This document shows, in pieces, positions 1 to 9,568 of a stretch of DNA of 64,000 nt; position 1 is the first letter of the stretch, and each line of letters starts with the position of its first letter. The notes beneath the pieces are model-generated. The model saw nothing but the letters and a program-made list of their open reading frames with translations, made no database searches and had not been told where the DNA came from. This DNA is from Williopsis jadinii (lineage: Eukaryota): positions 2,046,001-2,110,000 of the forward strand of contig AP024664.1 of assembly GCA_024346625.1 (NCBI GenBank), read 5' to 3'. A program made the position numbers and the translations under genes.

Positions 1-1
1 C

Positions 2-544
2 GTCCGTCTACACTTCACCTACGTCAAGGAAAGTCTCATGGAGAAGGGCATGAAGAAAAGAGACGTTGAAGGTGCGTTCTTCTCGACACCTTGGATCGAA
101 AACCTCCATGGGTTTTATGCTTTTGAAATCCAAGAGGAATGGTTGTTGAACGACTGGATACAACCTATTGCAGTGTCTTTACAGCCAAAGAGCGTCCCTG
201 ATGATGAGTTTGACCTGTTGAAAGACGCAACAATGTTCAAGATTGCCAGAGGCACTAAAGTCAGTAAAAACACAAAGGAGATGAGAGCTCGTCAAGATCA
301 AGGTATCAGCGATGATACTTGGTACTACGTGATGCTGTCTGTTCCTTCAGTGATTTGCGTGTCTGCATTGGGTATGTACTTCTTTGTCTGGCTCACAAGA
401 GGTGACCGTGATATCTCTGCCATTAGAAGACAGGTCTACAAACAACAGCACAAGATCCTGGGTAAGTTCAAACCTTCGAGCAAGAACAAGAAATACTCAG
501 AACTACCACAGTTCGACAGACGTGGTGGTCCAAAGCTTTCATAA
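2..544 (+). CDS. PSG1: 5'-truncated single-pass membrane protein, probably Psg1/YKL077W family
   Basis: Frame is open from the window edge (VRLHFTYVKESLMEKGMKKRD...). KR Kex2-like site, one C-terminal TM (WYYVMLSVPSVICVSALGMYFFVWL) and a basic tail. Family recognised from memory only. Confidence 0.55.
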   Translation, partial: VRLHFTYVKESLMEKGMKKRDVEGAFFSTPWIENLHGFYAFEIQEEWLLNDWIQPIAVSLQPKSVPDDEFDLLKDATMFKIARGTKVSKNTKEMRARQDQGISDDTWYYVMLSVPSVICVSALGMYFFVWLTRGDRDISAIRRQVYKQQHKILGKFKPSSKNKKYSELPQFDRRGGPKLS

Positions 545-775
545 CCATCATTCTCTGAACACATCACTTAATTCATTCCCCATATTTTTTTGATCCTTGT
601 AACTTACCAAGACAACTACGGCAATTATCATGGGTGTCAACTTGCCGTTGATGGCATTATATTTGGATCCCATCGATTACAGCCAATATCAACAGCAAAC
701 ACTCTGAAGACATTGGCTTGGAATTATAGAACGCTATAAAAAGATCTCACCAATGCCAGTGACAGATACGTGATT

Positions 776-1309
776 TTACATCCTGCTCTTCTCTATAAGG
801 GCACTTCCATAATCACTCTTGCCTCCTCTCTTTGCAACAACTTCTATGCCTTCAATAACCATTTGTTTATCAACAGCTTTGCACATGTCGTAAACATTCA
901 GCAACGCTACCGTGACACCAGTCAACGCCTCCATTTCAACACCTGTTTTCCCATCGCACTTCACTTGACACTCCACTCTGATGCTGTTTATATCTTGGAG
1001 AACGTCAATGGAAATGGAAGCCTTTGTCACGGGTAACGGATGGCATAGTATCACCAGCTCTGATGTCCTTTTCACACCAGATAAGCCCGAAATTCTCGTG
1101 AGTGAAATAACATCGCCTTTCTTGTTTGAATTATCCTCTATCTGGGCTATGGATAAGTCGTTACTGAACCTGATGAACCCTTCAGCGATTGCCATTCTGG
1201 ACGTCACTTGCTTCTCAGTAATGTCAATCATTCGGGCTTCACCTTTCTCATTCAAATGGGTCAACTTGTGACTCTTTGTAGAGTAAAATCTAACCCCAAA
1301 CTGTCTCAT
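776..1309 (-). CDS. Cyclic pyranopterin monophosphate synthase (MoaC/MOCS1B/Cnx3 domain); may be expressed as the C-terminal part of a spliced MoaA-MoaC fusion
   Basis: LTHL...ARMIDITEK, KKGDV, LCHPL, KTGVEMEALTG, YDMCKAVDK and KRGGKS are MoaC motifs. The N-terminus MRQFGVRFYS resembles a mitochondrial presequence. Confidence 0.95.
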   Translation of the reverse strand: MRQFGVRFYSTKSHKLTHLNEKGEARMIDITEKQVTSRMAIAEGFIRFSNDLSIAQIEDNSNKKGDVISLTRISGLSGVKRTSELVILCHPLPVTKASISIDVLQDINSIRVECQVKCDGKTGVEMEALTGVTVALLNVYDMCKAVDKQMVIEGIEVVAKRGGKSDYGSALIEKSRM

Positions 1310-1323
1310 TGGACGCTGGTTAC

Positions 1324-1383
1324 CTATGATCCTTTCGTGTTAGTGAAAACTATACCACTGTCTAAACAAATATCGAGACTCAC
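1324..1383 (-). other. Predicted spliceosomal intron overlapping the MoaA stop codon (alternative donor at 1387, alternative acceptor ending at 1332)
   Basis: On the minus strand: GTGAGT donor 1383-1378, CACTAAC branch 1345-1339, TAG acceptor 1326-1324; 60 nt, matching other introns in this window. Confidence 0.75.
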
Positions 1384-2444
1384 CCACCAATCAGTGTCAT
1401 TGGTCTATTCTTCATGGTCTTTAACTCGTCTAGTCCTGCATGCTTTTCCTTCTTGGACTTCACAGCCTCCCCAATAACCTCCAAGATCTCGTCCTTTGGA
1501 ACGTTTGACCTTATCATATCCCGAAGACTAACTTCTTCATTACCAAATAGACACACTTTCAAGTTCCCATCAGACGTGAGTCTTAGCCTGTTACAATCGC
1601 TGCAAAAGTCGTCTGTCATTGAAGTGATGAACCCAACAGAACCCACCCAATCAGGCGACTTGAACACCTTTGCTGTTTCACCCGACTTATGGTCTCTATG
1701 AACCATTAATGGATGCTTCTGCAGAATTAACTCTTTCATCTCTCTGTACGATATCACTTTGTTCAGCTCCCATTTGTTACCATCAAACGGCATGTACTCG
1801 ATAAATCTCACCTCTATGGGCCACCACTGTGCCAACTTCACAAACGCTAGGATTTCATCTTCATTGACACCACGGATCACAACACAGTTCAGCTTCACTT
1901 TGATTCCCAGCTCCAACGCCCTTTCAAGGGACTTCAGCACCTGGTTCAGCCCATTTCTTCGGGTAATGGTCATGAACTTCCCGTCCTGAAGTGTATCAAG
2001 ACTCAAGTTCAGCGCAGTGATGCCACTCTCAACCAACAGCGGCAGCTTCCTGTGCAGCGCAATACCATTCGACGTTATCCCGAGCTCCTTGACCCCCAAG
2101 GACTTCAGATCCTGGACAATCTCAACAATGTCACGTCTAACCGTGGGCTCACCGCCGGTGAGTCGTATCTTGTCCACGCCTTGTGACACGAAGATCGATG
2201 CGAGCTGTTTGATCTCATCTCTCGAAAGAATATGGGAGTCGGGCTGCAAGGGCACACCTTCCTCAGGCATACAATAGAGGCATCGCAGATTGCACCTCTC
2301 CGTGATCGATATCCTCAGATAGTTGTGCTTTCTTCCGTAGTTATCAGTGAGGAAGTGCGATAAGGGCAAGGCATTATGGATGGCGCTCCACCTCTTGCTC
2401 AAAGCTCGTTCACCGGCCTTTCTCAGTACAGTTGCCGATCTCAT
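1380..2444 (-). CDS. GTP 3',8-cyclase (MoaA/MOCS1A/Cnx2), radical SAM enzyme of molybdenum cofactor biosynthesis
   Basis: CNLRCLYC radical-SAM motif, RLTGGEP, second cluster CSDCNRLRLT...CLF, C-terminal MTLIGG double-glycine motif. Confidence 0.96.
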   Translation of the reverse strand: MRSATVLRKAGERALSKRWSAIHNALPLSHFLTDNYGRKHNYLRISITERCNLRCLYCMPEEGVPLQPDSHILSRDEIKQLASIFVSQGVDKIRLTGGEPTVRRDIVEIVQDLKSLGVKELGITSNGIALHRKLPLLVESGITALNLSLDTLQDGKFMTITRRNGLNQVLKSLERALELGIKVKLNCVVIRGVNEDEILAFVKLAQWWPIEVRFIEYMPFDGNKWELNKVISYREMKELILQKHPLMVHRDHKSGETAKVFKSPDWVGSVGFITSMTDDFCSDCNRLRLTSDGNLKVCLFGNEEVSLRDMIRSNVPKDEILEVIGEAVKSKKEKHAGLDELKTMKNRPMTLIGG

Positions 2445-2910
2445 ATCTTCCCAGCGTGCTTGCTTAGAACCAGCGAGCTTAGCAACAGCAGCAACACGCT
2501 CTCTTCCTTCTTATATGTACCACTTATCAACAAGCGGAGAATAAGTCAGCAGAGCTGACGTCCGCTGAGCTCTGATTGGTTGGCTCACACACCCGGACAC
2601 CACGATTGAACGACGGCATTCACTAGTAAGGAGCATTTTACAAGTTTGCGAGTTTCAGCTGGTGGAATCGTTCCGCTGTGCTTGTTTGGCGTGTTGGTTT
2701 GCCCTGTGCATGTTGTATGTATTAGTTTCATCATAGTTTACATGTGTAGATCTCTTTAATTGGCCATTTTAGGTAGCAATTCCCCGTGTAGCAGCAATAG
2801 ACAGGATCTCATCGGTTGAAAATTTCCACTGTGAAGCAGCTCGGAACAACCACCATTTAACACTCGTGAAAGCACTCGAAAGAACACTCGCTGTTGAGAA
2901 CCACGTGAGG

Positions 2911-3849
2911 ATGGAACTTCACGTATGGGGCACCCCCTCTGAAATCTCTCTGCTATCGCCTCAGTCCATAGCGATCTACTGGTACATGTCGCTATGCGTA
3001 CCATCGGAGCTGTACGAGGTTGTGACGTCCTGTAACACGGATCTTTCACTCTCTGGCCAGCTGCCAACGTTGATCTGCCACGGCGAGGGTACCCAGTACG
3101 ATGGATTGATGGACATATTGAGATATCTGGACCAGCAAGGGTTTTCATTGGACACTGGATTGCTGAGGGAACAAAGAGCCATCAACGAAGGCTTGGTACT
3201 GTACGTGGAGGACAAATTCCAACTCATCACTGATTACTGTCTATTTCTTAACAAATCGAACTATGAGCAGTATACTAGATCGTTATACTCCAAATACCTG
3301 CCTTTCCCTATGCAATACAACGCGCCAATCGTCGCTAGGTCCAGAGCTAAGTTGAACTGTGAAAGAATCGGGTTGAAGGTTGAGGATAAGAGCCAGGTAA
3401 CCGAGGAGATGATGAAGAATGTTCCTTCTGTTTCTAAAATCCATAGGATGAAATATGAGTCCATGATTGAAGATAAGCTTCTAATGAAGAACTCCGTGAC
3501 AAATATGAGCTGTCTAAGACAATTGAACGAATACGTTGGTCGTGTGTTGGAGTTACAGGCGGAGCTGAATGCGAACCATGAAGGTGACACTTTGGGGTTG
3601 TTTGGAGAGAACAGGCTCACGTCTGGAGATTTGATAATACTGGCGCATATATACGTGTGGACCAGGGCTGCGCTACCAGATCAGTTCATAAAGACATTCT
3701 TGGACAAATCCTATCCTCACATCTCAACACAACTAGAGCACTTGTTGCAGGAGAGAATAAACCCGGCAACTGACCACGTCCAGATACGCCTGCCTTCATT
3801 TACAGAGTCACCAAACTTGTTCAACAGTATAAAGCATCTTGTCATATAG
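2911..3849 (+). CDS. SAM37: Mitochondrial outer-membrane SAM complex subunit (metaxin-like)
   Basis: MELHVWG...SLLSPQSIAIYW, SCNTDLSLSGQLPTL, YLPFPMQYN. First ATG is 2911 (the ORF track starts at a GTG). Convergent with SEN15 as in S. cerevisiae. Confidence 0.88.
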   Translation: MELHVWGTPSEISLLSPQSIAIYWYMSLCVPSELYEVVTSCNTDLSLSGQLPTLICHGEGTQYDGLMDILRYLDQQGFSLDTGLLREQRAINEGLVLYVEDKFQLITDYCLFLNKSNYEQYTRSLYSKYLPFPMQYNAPIVARSRAKLNCERIGLKVEDKSQVTEEMMKNVPSVSKIHRMKYESMIEDKLLMKNSVTNMSCLRQLNEYVGRVLELQAELNANHEGDTLGLFGENRLTSGDLIILAHIYVWTRAALPDQFIKTFLDKSYPHISTQLEHLLQERINPATDHVQIRLPSFTESPNLFNSIKHLVI

Positions 3850-3878
3850 GTGCTGATCCCTGCCCCTGGCCATTATCA

Positions 3879-4223
3879 TCAATTCTTTTTTGGTTTAGCA
3901 ATCCCATTATGTACTATGTAATACACTACCGTACCGTCATCGTTAACTACTCCAGCGACCAACCTCTTCGGACTGTGTAACTGCTCGAATACCGTGCTCA
4001 ATCTTGAGGGTGTCAATTGTTCGCCCAGCATGATCGGGAGTACGAATTCTGGCTTGATTGGAGCGGGAACCCCACCTTGGTTGCCCTCTTCCTCATCGTC
4101 TCCTAGTAAATGGTTCTTTGGTATTCCTGAAAGCACTGTTTCCTCTTTCAACGGTACCTCCTTCACATCAGTCCAGAGACTGTAGAACAACAAGTTCTGT
4201 TTCACCTGGTGGAGTGCAGACAT
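3879..4223 (-). CDS. SEN15: tRNA-splicing endonuclease subunit Sen15
   Basis: QVKQNLLFYSLW, EFVLP, VNDDGTVVYYIVHNGIAKPKKN C-terminus; ATG at 4223. Confidence 0.88.
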   Translation of the reverse strand: MSALHQVKQNLLFYSLWTDVKEVPLKEETVLSGIPKNHLLGDDEEEGNQGGVPAPIKPEFVLPIMLGEQLTPSRLSTVFEQLHSPKRLVAGVVNDDGTVVYYIVHNGIAKPKKN

Positions 4224-4559
4224 CCAACTTCTATCCCTTGTGTGTCTCAACTGTACAGTCCGATGCTACACCACCCGCACGTTGTACTGAACCATAACTT
4301 GAAGGCTCATCGGGCCCCCCATCCTCACGCTGAAGATATTACCCGGCCGTCACACAAGATTTCCCGATTCCAGCCCTGCGTGTGGCTACCAATTGTGTCC
4401 CGTTTCTTTTTGTGATCGTTTCAAATGGGCTTTTTTTAGCCTTTGGCTTCTGTGGCGCGTAACAGACATGCCGACACGCGATAGCTCCCTGTCTTCCCAC
4501 ACTGCCGCGGTACACTTTTCGCCACTGGTCCAGGCCCCACCGCCTGCTTGCGGGTTGTA

Positions 4560-4595
4560 GCCGGAGCTCAAGATAAGCCGGAGCTCAAGATAAGC
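4560..4595. repeat. 17-bp tandem duplication GCCGGAGCTCAAGATAA x2, each copy giving a GATAAG
   Basis: Read directly from the sequence. Confidence 0.9.
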
Positions 4596-5117
4596 AGCAC
4601 TGAGAGGGCGCGAGAGAGGCGAGGAAATAGGCTGGGAAGAACGTCCCGCCCCCCCCCCCCACTCTTCCTCAAGGTGCCTCTACCAGTGCTACCCTCTAGC
4701 CGGATATTCCATCCAGTAACAGCGGCGGCAAATTGCATTTAATCCCTCCTGGTAGGCACACGGTGGGAGCTGGCCAAGTCCTTCGTTAAGCGTGGTGGTG
4801 GGAAGGGCTTTGTTTCCTACACCAGTAGGCTGGCCCCACTGCCCCGTTCAGCCTGGCTCTCTGCCCTCAGTGCGGGCATGAAGCTTGCCACACTAGGCTA
4901 CCGCGCTTTTTGCCTTTTCGCGGTAGAGCGGTTCCAGGCCTCCAACAAATAGATATTAGTAACTATGGCAACGTTGTCATTTTTTTTTGGCTGGTGGATT
5001 GGTGCTGGGAAGTTGTGACTTTGGAGGTTTATAAGTGACCAGGTATCCACCTTAAATTATTCTGTAGTTGTTATAACATACGACCACAGGTTATCACACA
5101 TCCATTCCTTGTTAAAC

Positions 5118-6227
5118 ATGCTTAAATCGTCACGTTCATTTGCTCCCATCGCGAAGAGACTTCTCTCCAGCGCGTCAGAGCCATCTTCAAAAGACCTCTT
5201 GGAGAAGTCGGTCATCCTGGGTATGAAGAGCTCGAAGCCAAAGGCATCTTCAGCTAGCGTGAACAGCGAGAAGAAGAACGATATGGACCTCAGAGTGTTG
5301 GACGAGTCCATTCGCAAATCTGAATATTTATCACAGGGTTATAGAGACTCGAAGAGATTCGCACAGCTCCCTCCACACTATGCTCGTAACCAGCACTTGG
5401 AGCTGTCGTCAAACTCCACAGACTCTTTACGCTCTATACTGTGGAAGTTCGACGCTCCTATAAGGTATGCGTTTGCTTATGGGTCCGGTGTGTTTTCACA
5501 GGGGTATTCGAGCCCAGATACACAGACTGATCTGATCTTTGGTGTCACTTACCCTGAGCACTGGCATTCTATCAACATGAAGTACAACCCAGACCACTAC
5601 TCGTGTTTGAGGTACTTTGGTTCTGGGGTTGTCTCCAAATTCCAAGAGGTTGGTGCAGGTGTCTATTTCAACCCATTTGTTGAGATTGAAGGCCAATTGG
5701 TCAAATACGGTGTTGTGAGCATCGACAATCTCGTTACCGATTTGTCCAAGTGGAATTCATTCTACCTTGCAGGGAGATTGCAAAAACCTGTCAAGATACT
5801 GAGAGATGACACGATGGTTCGTTACTGGAACCAGCAGAACCTGAAAGCCGCTGCAACGCTAGCATACCATCAATTACCCGAGTCTGAGACTTTTGACGAG
5901 TTCCAGTTCTTCAAGAACATCACCAGTCTAAGTTACATCGGAGATGTGCGTTACAGACTGGGCGCGGAGAACCCAAAGAAGATCGATAACATCGTCGAAA
6001 AGAACTTTGAGTACTTCCAACAGTACTATTCTCCGATTATGGACGAAGTCATCAACAAGAAGGAGTTTCTTCTCCCACCAGGGTTCACTGTTGAGAACGC
6101 CTCAAAGAAGCTCGAGAAGACCATCCTAAGGAGCTCAACGTCACAAATGCTTAAAGGCCTGTTCACCGCCGGTGTCAACAAGTCTATCAAGTACGCTGTT
6201 GCCAAAAGGCTGAAAGCAAAGCAGTGA
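5118..6227 (+). CDS. TAM41: Mitochondrial phosphatidate cytidylyltransferase
   Basis: IRYAFAYGSGVFSQ, GAGVYFNP, KYGVVS, YLAGRLQKPV, LSYIGDVR, AENPKKIDNIV; mitochondrial presequence-like N-terminus; first ATG 5118. Confidence 0.95.
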   Translation: MLKSSRSFAPIAKRLLSSASEPSSKDLLEKSVILGMKSSKPKASSASVNSEKKNDMDLRVLDESIRKSEYLSQGYRDSKRFAQLPPHYARNQHLELSSNSTDSLRSILWKFDAPIRYAFAYGSGVFSQGYSSPDTQTDLIFGVTYPEHWHSINMKYNPDHYSCLRYFGSGVVSKFQEVGAGVYFNPFVEIEGQLVKYGVVSIDNLVTDLSKWNSFYLAGRLQKPVKILRDDTMVRYWNQQNLKAAATLAYHQLPESETFDEFQFFKNITSLSYIGDVRYRLGAENPKKIDNIVEKNFEYFQQYYSPIMDEVINKKEFLLPPGFTVENASKKLEKTILRSSTSQMLKGLFTAGVNKSIKYAVAKRLKAKQ

Positions 6228-6728
6228 AGCTACAGGAACCACGGCCCTAGCCCCTTTCCCGCCGAGTGGGAAGAACACGGACATCACCACCTGGTGAGCG
6301 CTCAACCTCTGCGAGGTTGACCTCCTTGTCTCCTATATATCTATAATTACCTAAGCTTCATTATCATACCCATAGTACCAACACCAACAGATAAGGTGGC
6401 TATCCATAGAAAGAGCATCGTTGTTGTAGTTGCCGTATCGATGACAGCCATTGAAACTTTGGCGCGTCCAATCGCACTTTGTTCCGGCGGACCTGACCTG
6501 AGTCACGTGACCACAAAACGCACGCACACGCACAAAACCACAAAAACGCAAATGAAGAGAAAAAAAAAACCTGCTGTAAATAAATCACGAAACATTGGTT
6601 TGTCCGCCTCACCCTTTGGGACACATTGGTGCCTTGAAAAGTTGTGGAATTCTTTTCCTCATTGGTGCTGAGGTCTGTTTGCTTTATACTCACTGACTAT
6701 ACAGACAGCACGGTACTGAGGGCACAAC

Positions 6729-8654
6729 ATGGTTGCTATAAGGTCGATACGGTTACCGCTGAGTGTGCTTTTGCTACCGCTGGGCGTGGCTGCAACCACT
6801 ACGCACTTGATAACGTCTTCGACATCGACATCGTCATGGACAACGTCATCGCTTGTGGTGGAATCAAAGGACGAGGTTGTGCCGGTGTATTCGTTGGATA
6901 CAGAGACTATAGACTCTCCCATCCCAGTAACACCGAATGGGACGCTGTTTAACGATTCTGACTTGTTAATGGAGGCGGTCCTGGGCAATGATACGCAGAA
7001 CACATCGTCAACGTTCTTATCATTTGAGGAGTGGAAGAAAGCCAAAGGGGCAGACACGCAACCAAAGGAGCGGGATGCATACCAAGTAAGGTCTGTGGTG
7101 TATGGCTATGGTACGAGTAATGGGGAGTCAATAGGTGAGGAGATGGAAATTGACATTGCGCAGTTCTTCCCAAACACCCAAGGCTTGAGTGAATCTGAGG
7201 GCAAGACATACTCAAAGAAATTCAACTTTGCATCTCTGGACTGTGCAGCTACTATAGTGAAGACAAACTCCGAAGCAAAGAATGCGTTAAGTGTTCTAGT
7301 TGAGAACAAAGACTCATATCTGTTGACACCATGTTCAGCTGCGAACAAATTTGTCGTTGTGGAATTATGCCAGGACATTCTTGTCGATTCTGTTGTGATT
7401 GCAAATTATGAGTTCTTTTCTTCGACATTTAAAAAGATCCGTATCAGTGTCTCTGAAATATTCCCGGTGCCTAATAACGGTTGGACAGTACTAGGTGAAT
7501 TTACTGCAAGGGACGTTAGAGATGTCCAGGAGTTTAACATTACAAATCCAAAGATCTGGGCAAAGTATTTCCGTGTGGAAGTGTTGGAGCACTACGGAGA
7601 CGAATATTACTGTCCTATTAGTGTTGTCAGGGTACATGGAAGAACAATGATACAGGAGTATAAGGAAGAGGAAGCTCTAGAACAAAAGAAAACCCAAGAG
7701 CAAGGACAGCAACAGCAAGCACAAGAACAAGGACAGCAACAATTGCAACAACCAGGACGGCAACAAGGACAACAAGGACAAGAGTCGTTAGATCAATATC
7801 AAGAGCTGCAACAACCATCACAGCAGCAGCAACAACAGCAACAACAGCAGCAGCAACAGCCACCCCAAGAAACAGTAAACAAGGCATCAGTTTGTGCTGA
7901 AACCAATAATATCAATTGTACTGATACTCAGGAGTCTATCATACACGATTTGATCAACTACACTATCGAAAATGCAACTTCATATGACAATTGTCCAATC
8001 ACTCTGCGTTCGATCCCTTTTGATGAATTTTTTCGTCAGGCGAACTCCAGTGAAATGTCGTTATGTCCAATCGTTGAGCCTGTAACTTCACAATCCTCCA
8101 CAGCACAGGAATCGATCTATAAAAACATCATGAAGCGTCTTTCACAGTTGGAGACAAATGCAACCCTTTCAATCTTGTACATTGAGGAACAATCGAAGTT
8201 AATCTCCTCTACATTTGCATCCTTAGAGACACGTCATCGAAAGAAGATGGAGACTCTTATGGCTTCGTTTAACACGTCAATCCATGACCAAGTCTCGGCA
8301 TTGTCGGAGTTGTATTCGCAATTCCAACGGAAAACTGACGAAGTTTTCAACAGACAACATGCAAAACATTCACTATTGTTGACAAATGCACAATCAAGGC
8401 TAACAGCTTTGGAGAGTGAACTCTTTTTCCAAAAGATTACATCTGCCTTCAATGGAGTTTTACTACTTTGCGTCTTGGTTTACGTCGTATTAACTAGAGA
8501 TACAGTCATTGAAGGTGACTACTATGATACACATGACCGTTCAATCTTAAAGAAACAAGATTCGAACGATAGCTCAAACACAGAGGTCTCAGAGGTTAGC
8601 GATCCAGCTCTGATAAAAAGACCAATGACACCGCAGAGTGACAAAGAGGATTGA
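6729..8654 (+). CDS. SLP1: Mid-SUN-domain ER membrane protein
   Basis: Signal peptide, FLSFEEWK, FNFASLDCAA, ENKDSYLL, VELCQDI, NYEFFSS, QESIYKNIMKRL, C-terminal TM. Confidence 0.92.
   Translation: MVAIRSIRLPLSVLLLPLGVAATTTHLITSSTSTSSWTTSSLVVESKDEVVPVYSLDTETIDSPIPVTPNGTLFNDSDLLMEAVLGNDTQNTSSTFLSFEEWKKAKGADTQPKERDAYQVRSVVYGYGTSNGESIGEEMEIDIAQFFPNTQGLSESEGKTYSKKFNFASLDCAATIVKTNSEAKNALSVLVENKDSYLLTPCSAANKFVVVELCQDILVDSVVIANYEFFSSTFKKIRISVSEIFPVPNNGWTVLGEFTARDVRDVQEFNITNPKIWAKYFRVEVLEHYGDEYYCPISVVRVHGRTMIQEYKEEEALEQKKTQEQGQQQQAQEQGQQQLQQPGRQQGQQGQESLDQYQELQQPSQQQQQQQQQQQQQPPQETVNKASVCAETNNINCTDTQESIIHDLINYTIENATSYDNCPITLRSIPFDEFFRQANSSEMSLCPIVEPVTSQSSTAQESIYKNIMKRLSQLETNATLSILYIEEQSKLISSTFASLETRHRKKMETLMASFNTSIHDQVSALSELYSQFQRKTDEVFNRQHAKHSLLLTNAQSRLTALESELFFQKITSAFNGVLLLCVLVYVVLTRDTVIEGDYYDTHDRSILKKQDSNDSSNTEVSEVSDPALIKRPMTPQSDKED
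7695..7862 (+). repeat. CAA/CAG-rich repeat encoding a Q/G-rich and polyQ tract in SLP1
   Basis: QEQGQQQQAQEQGQQQLQQPGRQQGQQGQ...QQQQQQQQQQQQQ. Confidence 0.9.
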
Positions 8655-9568
8655 GCACTACCAGCAGAAGCTCTGTATACATTTAATGACTGTTTCTTTC
8701 CCTTATTTAATGATCTATTTTAATTTAATTAATGCAGCTAATCGTGGCTTGTAATACTGGTGTAGTCCCCTAGTTATTAGTTAGCTCCAGTGCAGTGTAC
8801 TATTGTGTCACAAATCATCCGGACATCTCAAAGGCACATGAGCGTGCATGAACGTTTCAACGACGAGTCAAATTATAACGAAATGAGCTCCTTTCCTCTC
8901 GGAGAAACAGTTGGAAATACGATCCATTGATATATTCAGCATAGCTATGTAGTGTAACATTGTTATTTAAAGAAAGTTTGCGGTTCTGTTGGGCCGTTTA
9001 CGCTTAATAGCCCTGGTTGATTGGTGCAGATTTATTATTTTTCAATCTTCTGAGGCCGGAGTTGACATTTTTATATTGCAAAATCTATATGGACAAAAAT
9101 TTGTTGGATTCAAGCCAGATAAAATTTCCAACATTGACTATAAATGTCCTTTAAATATCATTGATAATCAATATTATCATGTTAATATAATATACTGCAA
9201 CTTTCCTATATATATAGAATCGATAAAGCATTTAATGGCGTTACTCCCCCTTAAGGCGTCTCCCTGTGATGGATTTGAAATTTCATCGGTACACGTCGAT
9301 CATAAATTACAGCGTAAGGACAGGAGAGTTAACAAGCTGCGACAAGTAGATTCTACAATCTGGTAATATATTCGTGACATCGTTGCATGAATTAGTTCAA
9401 TAGATCTCCAAAGACCTTCTTCTTCTATGTATGGGTAGTAAAGAGCTTTGGTACTCCTGGTATCTATATAGTAAACAATTTTCTCTGGCAGTTCAAATAA
9501 GTACCCCAAAGAAAGAAAGCCAGTCTCTTGTATCGTGAAATTAAATTAAGTCAGGAACTGGATTTCCC

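Noticed and set aside
4621..4990. Assignment of the structured region to U1, U2, RNase P/MRP, SRP or snR30
   Set aside because: Diagnostic motifs (ATACTTACC, GTGTAGTA, P4 helix strands, SRP helix 8, paired m1/m2) not found by eye; left unassigned.
8989..9509. AT-rich ORFs (125 aa plus, 69 aa minus) between SLP1 and the cyclin
   Set aside because: Non-ATG starts, no motifs, composition of convergent 3' regions.
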